Assembly (NCBI GenBank): GCA_965237575.1
Contig: CBDEGI010000004.1
Location: 3,669,963 to 3,733,962, forward strand
Reading direction: 5' to 3'
DNA from: Bryobacterales bacterium
GTDB taxonomy: Bacteria; Acidobacteriota; Terriglobia; Bryobacterales; UBA6623
Length of the DNA stretch: 64,000 nt
Shown: piece by piece, positions 62,750 to 64,000 of the stretch
Numbering within the stretch: the first letter of the stretch is position 1
Layout: the number at the start of each line of letters is the position of its first letter
Program-made: the position numbers and the translations under genes
Notes under the pieces: model-generated
Database searches by the model: none
The model's input: only the letters and a program-made list of their open reading frames with translations
What the model was told of the DNA's origin: nothing

Positions 62750-63982
62750 TCACGACCCCATCCCGTGCGCGTAGTAGGATTTCTCCGGCCCCCGGTAGCG
62801 GACGTCAAGCATCGGCGTGTCGATGCGCACCTGCCCGCGATGCCACGACTCCATCAGGAACGAGAGAGCGCCGCTGGTCAGCAACGTTCGCTCGACCGCG
62901 TAGTCGAGCGTGCCCTGCGTGAACATCCGGCCGATCGAGTCAACCAGCGGGCTGAAGTTGTTCGAGTTCTCGATCGGGATGTAGCACAGGGTCGACTTCG
63001 GCTCGGGGTCGCCCTTGATCTTCACTGCCGCGAGGTACTCGCCCGCCTTGCCGCCCAGACCCAGCGCCGTACCGCGAAAACCGTCGTTGTATTCGACCAG
63101 ACACGCGACCGGCCTGGCAGCTTTCTCCTCGACCGGGCCCGGCGTGACCTTCTGCCCGCGAGAGAGCGCGGCGTCTAGCAGGCTGCGGCTCCAGAGTCCC
63201 TCGTCCGCGGCTTTCCAAACTGCGTCGTCGGTAAGTAGCTGCACGGCTTTGACGCCGCTCTCGCCACCCTTTCTCCGCTCGGTGAAGCATTGCAGTGTTT
63301 CGAGGATGTGGAAGAGTCCGCCATCGCCCACCCAGCCTCCACCCACCGCCAGGGCTTCTTCTAGATCCGTTTCGAGCGGGAAGTCGAGTTCCGGGCGCCG
63401 GAACGTCACCGACACCGACGAGCCCGCCATCAGTGGAAAGTCCAACTCCTTCGACCAGTCGTACATCTGCTTCGCCTGCTTCCAGTCGTAGGAGAGATGC
63501 TTGTCGTTGAAGACCGGCACTGCGCGTCCCGAGCGCCGGAAGACGCTCACGATCTCGTCCATGAAGCGGTAGCGTGGGTAGAGCTTTTGGTTCTTGACGT
63601 TGGTCGGATAGGCGCCGTGCTCGCCGATGAGCAGAACGCCGTCCACTGCGAGATCTTTGCCGCCAAGGGTGAGCGCGTCCTGGATCGTCGGCACTTTCTC
63701 GACGCCCCAGGTCTTCGCCAGCCGGGTGCTGATGTCGCCGTCGTGCTCCTGCTCGACGAACAGCGATGCCACGTCGCAAGGCGGCTGGTGATACTTGTCG
63801 TTGATCCAGTAGCCTTCCAGAAAGCGCGTGATGAAGTTGTCGCTATGCGAGCGCACGTGGTAGGTCGTCGACAGCGCGGCGATCTTCTTGCGGCCCGAAG
63901 CCGGCGACCCGACGCCAACCCAGGGACCGGCCGCGCCGACCATCCCCGCCGCAGACGTCTTGAGAAAGGTTCTTCGGTTCAT
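62750..63982 (-). CDS. Tat-signal conserved hypothetical protein
   Basis: MNRRTFLKTSAAGMVGAAGPWVG. 410 aa with coding-like composition. No motif I can name. Confidence 0.6.
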   Translation of the reverse strand: MNRRTFLKTSAAGMVGAAGPWVGVGSPASGRKKIAALSTTYHVRSHSDNFITRFLEGYWINDKYHQPPCDVASLFVEQEHDGDISTRLAKTWGVEKVPTIQDALTLGGKDLAVDGVLLIGEHGAYPTNVKNQKLYPRYRFMDEIVSVFRRSGRAVPVFNDKHLSYDWKQAKQMYDWSKELDFPLMAGSSVSVTFRRPELDFPLETDLEEALAVGGGWVGDGGLFHILETLQCFTERRKGGESGVKAVQLLTDDAVWKAADEGLWSRSLLDAALSRGQKVTPGPVEEKAARPVACLVEYNDGFRGTALGLGGKAGEYLAAVKIKGDPEPKSTLCYIPIENSNNFSPLVDSIGRMFTQGTLDYAVERTLLTSGALSFLMESWHRGQVRIDTPMLDVRYRGPEKSYYAHGMGS

Positions 63983-64000
63983 CGCATCCTCTGCTTCACG

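Noticed and set aside
61717-62922. 401-aa plus-strand ORF
   Set aside because: It lies antisense to the SMP-30 family gene and to the end of the Tat hypothetical gene.

Overview
High-GC bacterial chromosomal window, about 65% GC by eye. Gene content suggests a soil Acidobacteria- or Planctomycetes-like organism: a DUF1501 protein, many Tat-signal enzymes and a TIGR03437-like C-terminal domain. This taxonomic call is inference only.

The backbone is housekeeping and metabolism:
- recG (5' part)
- an ECF sigma/anti-sigma pair followed by a peroxiredoxin fusion
- a dksA-like gene, a hisA-like gene plus NUDIX, rsfS-rlmH, and metY plus a CoA-binding protein
- an aa3-type cytochrome oxidase operon (ctaC, ctaD, two subunit-III genes, subunit IV)
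- rmlC-rmlB
- a coxM/S/L-like molybdenum hydroxylase plus a MoaD-like protein
- rpsA, yceH, a Na+/solute symporter and egtB-egtD

Accessory and unusual content:
1. A visibly lower-GC islet of about 4.2 kb (about 2950-7136) carries ParDE and a three-gene module. The module is a SLOG domain fused to 4 TM helices, translationally coupled to a three-domain TIR protein, plus a convergent SLATT/DUF4231 2-TM protein. It looks Thoeris-like, but I do not recognise this architecture as a described type. This is my top candidate for a novel system.
2. The islet abuts a chimeric DUF58::IolB gene scar.
3. An LRR-Roc-COR protein ends in 2 TM helices.
4. A RES-Xre toxin-antitoxin pair.
5. A decaying glycosylation locus. 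The GT39 gene is split by an IS630-family element, the GT2 gene is split by an IS1380-family element, and there is a frameshifted GT39 paralog. The locus also holds a segmental duplication, an IS630 relic and a tRNA 3' scrap.
6. Several intergenic repeat families. They include a 250-270 bp element with covarying 22-nt termini and a GNRA-capped CCGCGGA hairpin family.
7. A 1.7 kb stretch with no convincing CDS, filled with degenerate repeats of about 25 nt.
8. Apparent frameshifts in ctaD and in a TSP3-repeat protein gene.

No rRNA, intact tRNA or CRISPR array was seen. All functional calls come from reading the translated ORFs against remembered family motifs. No searches were run.
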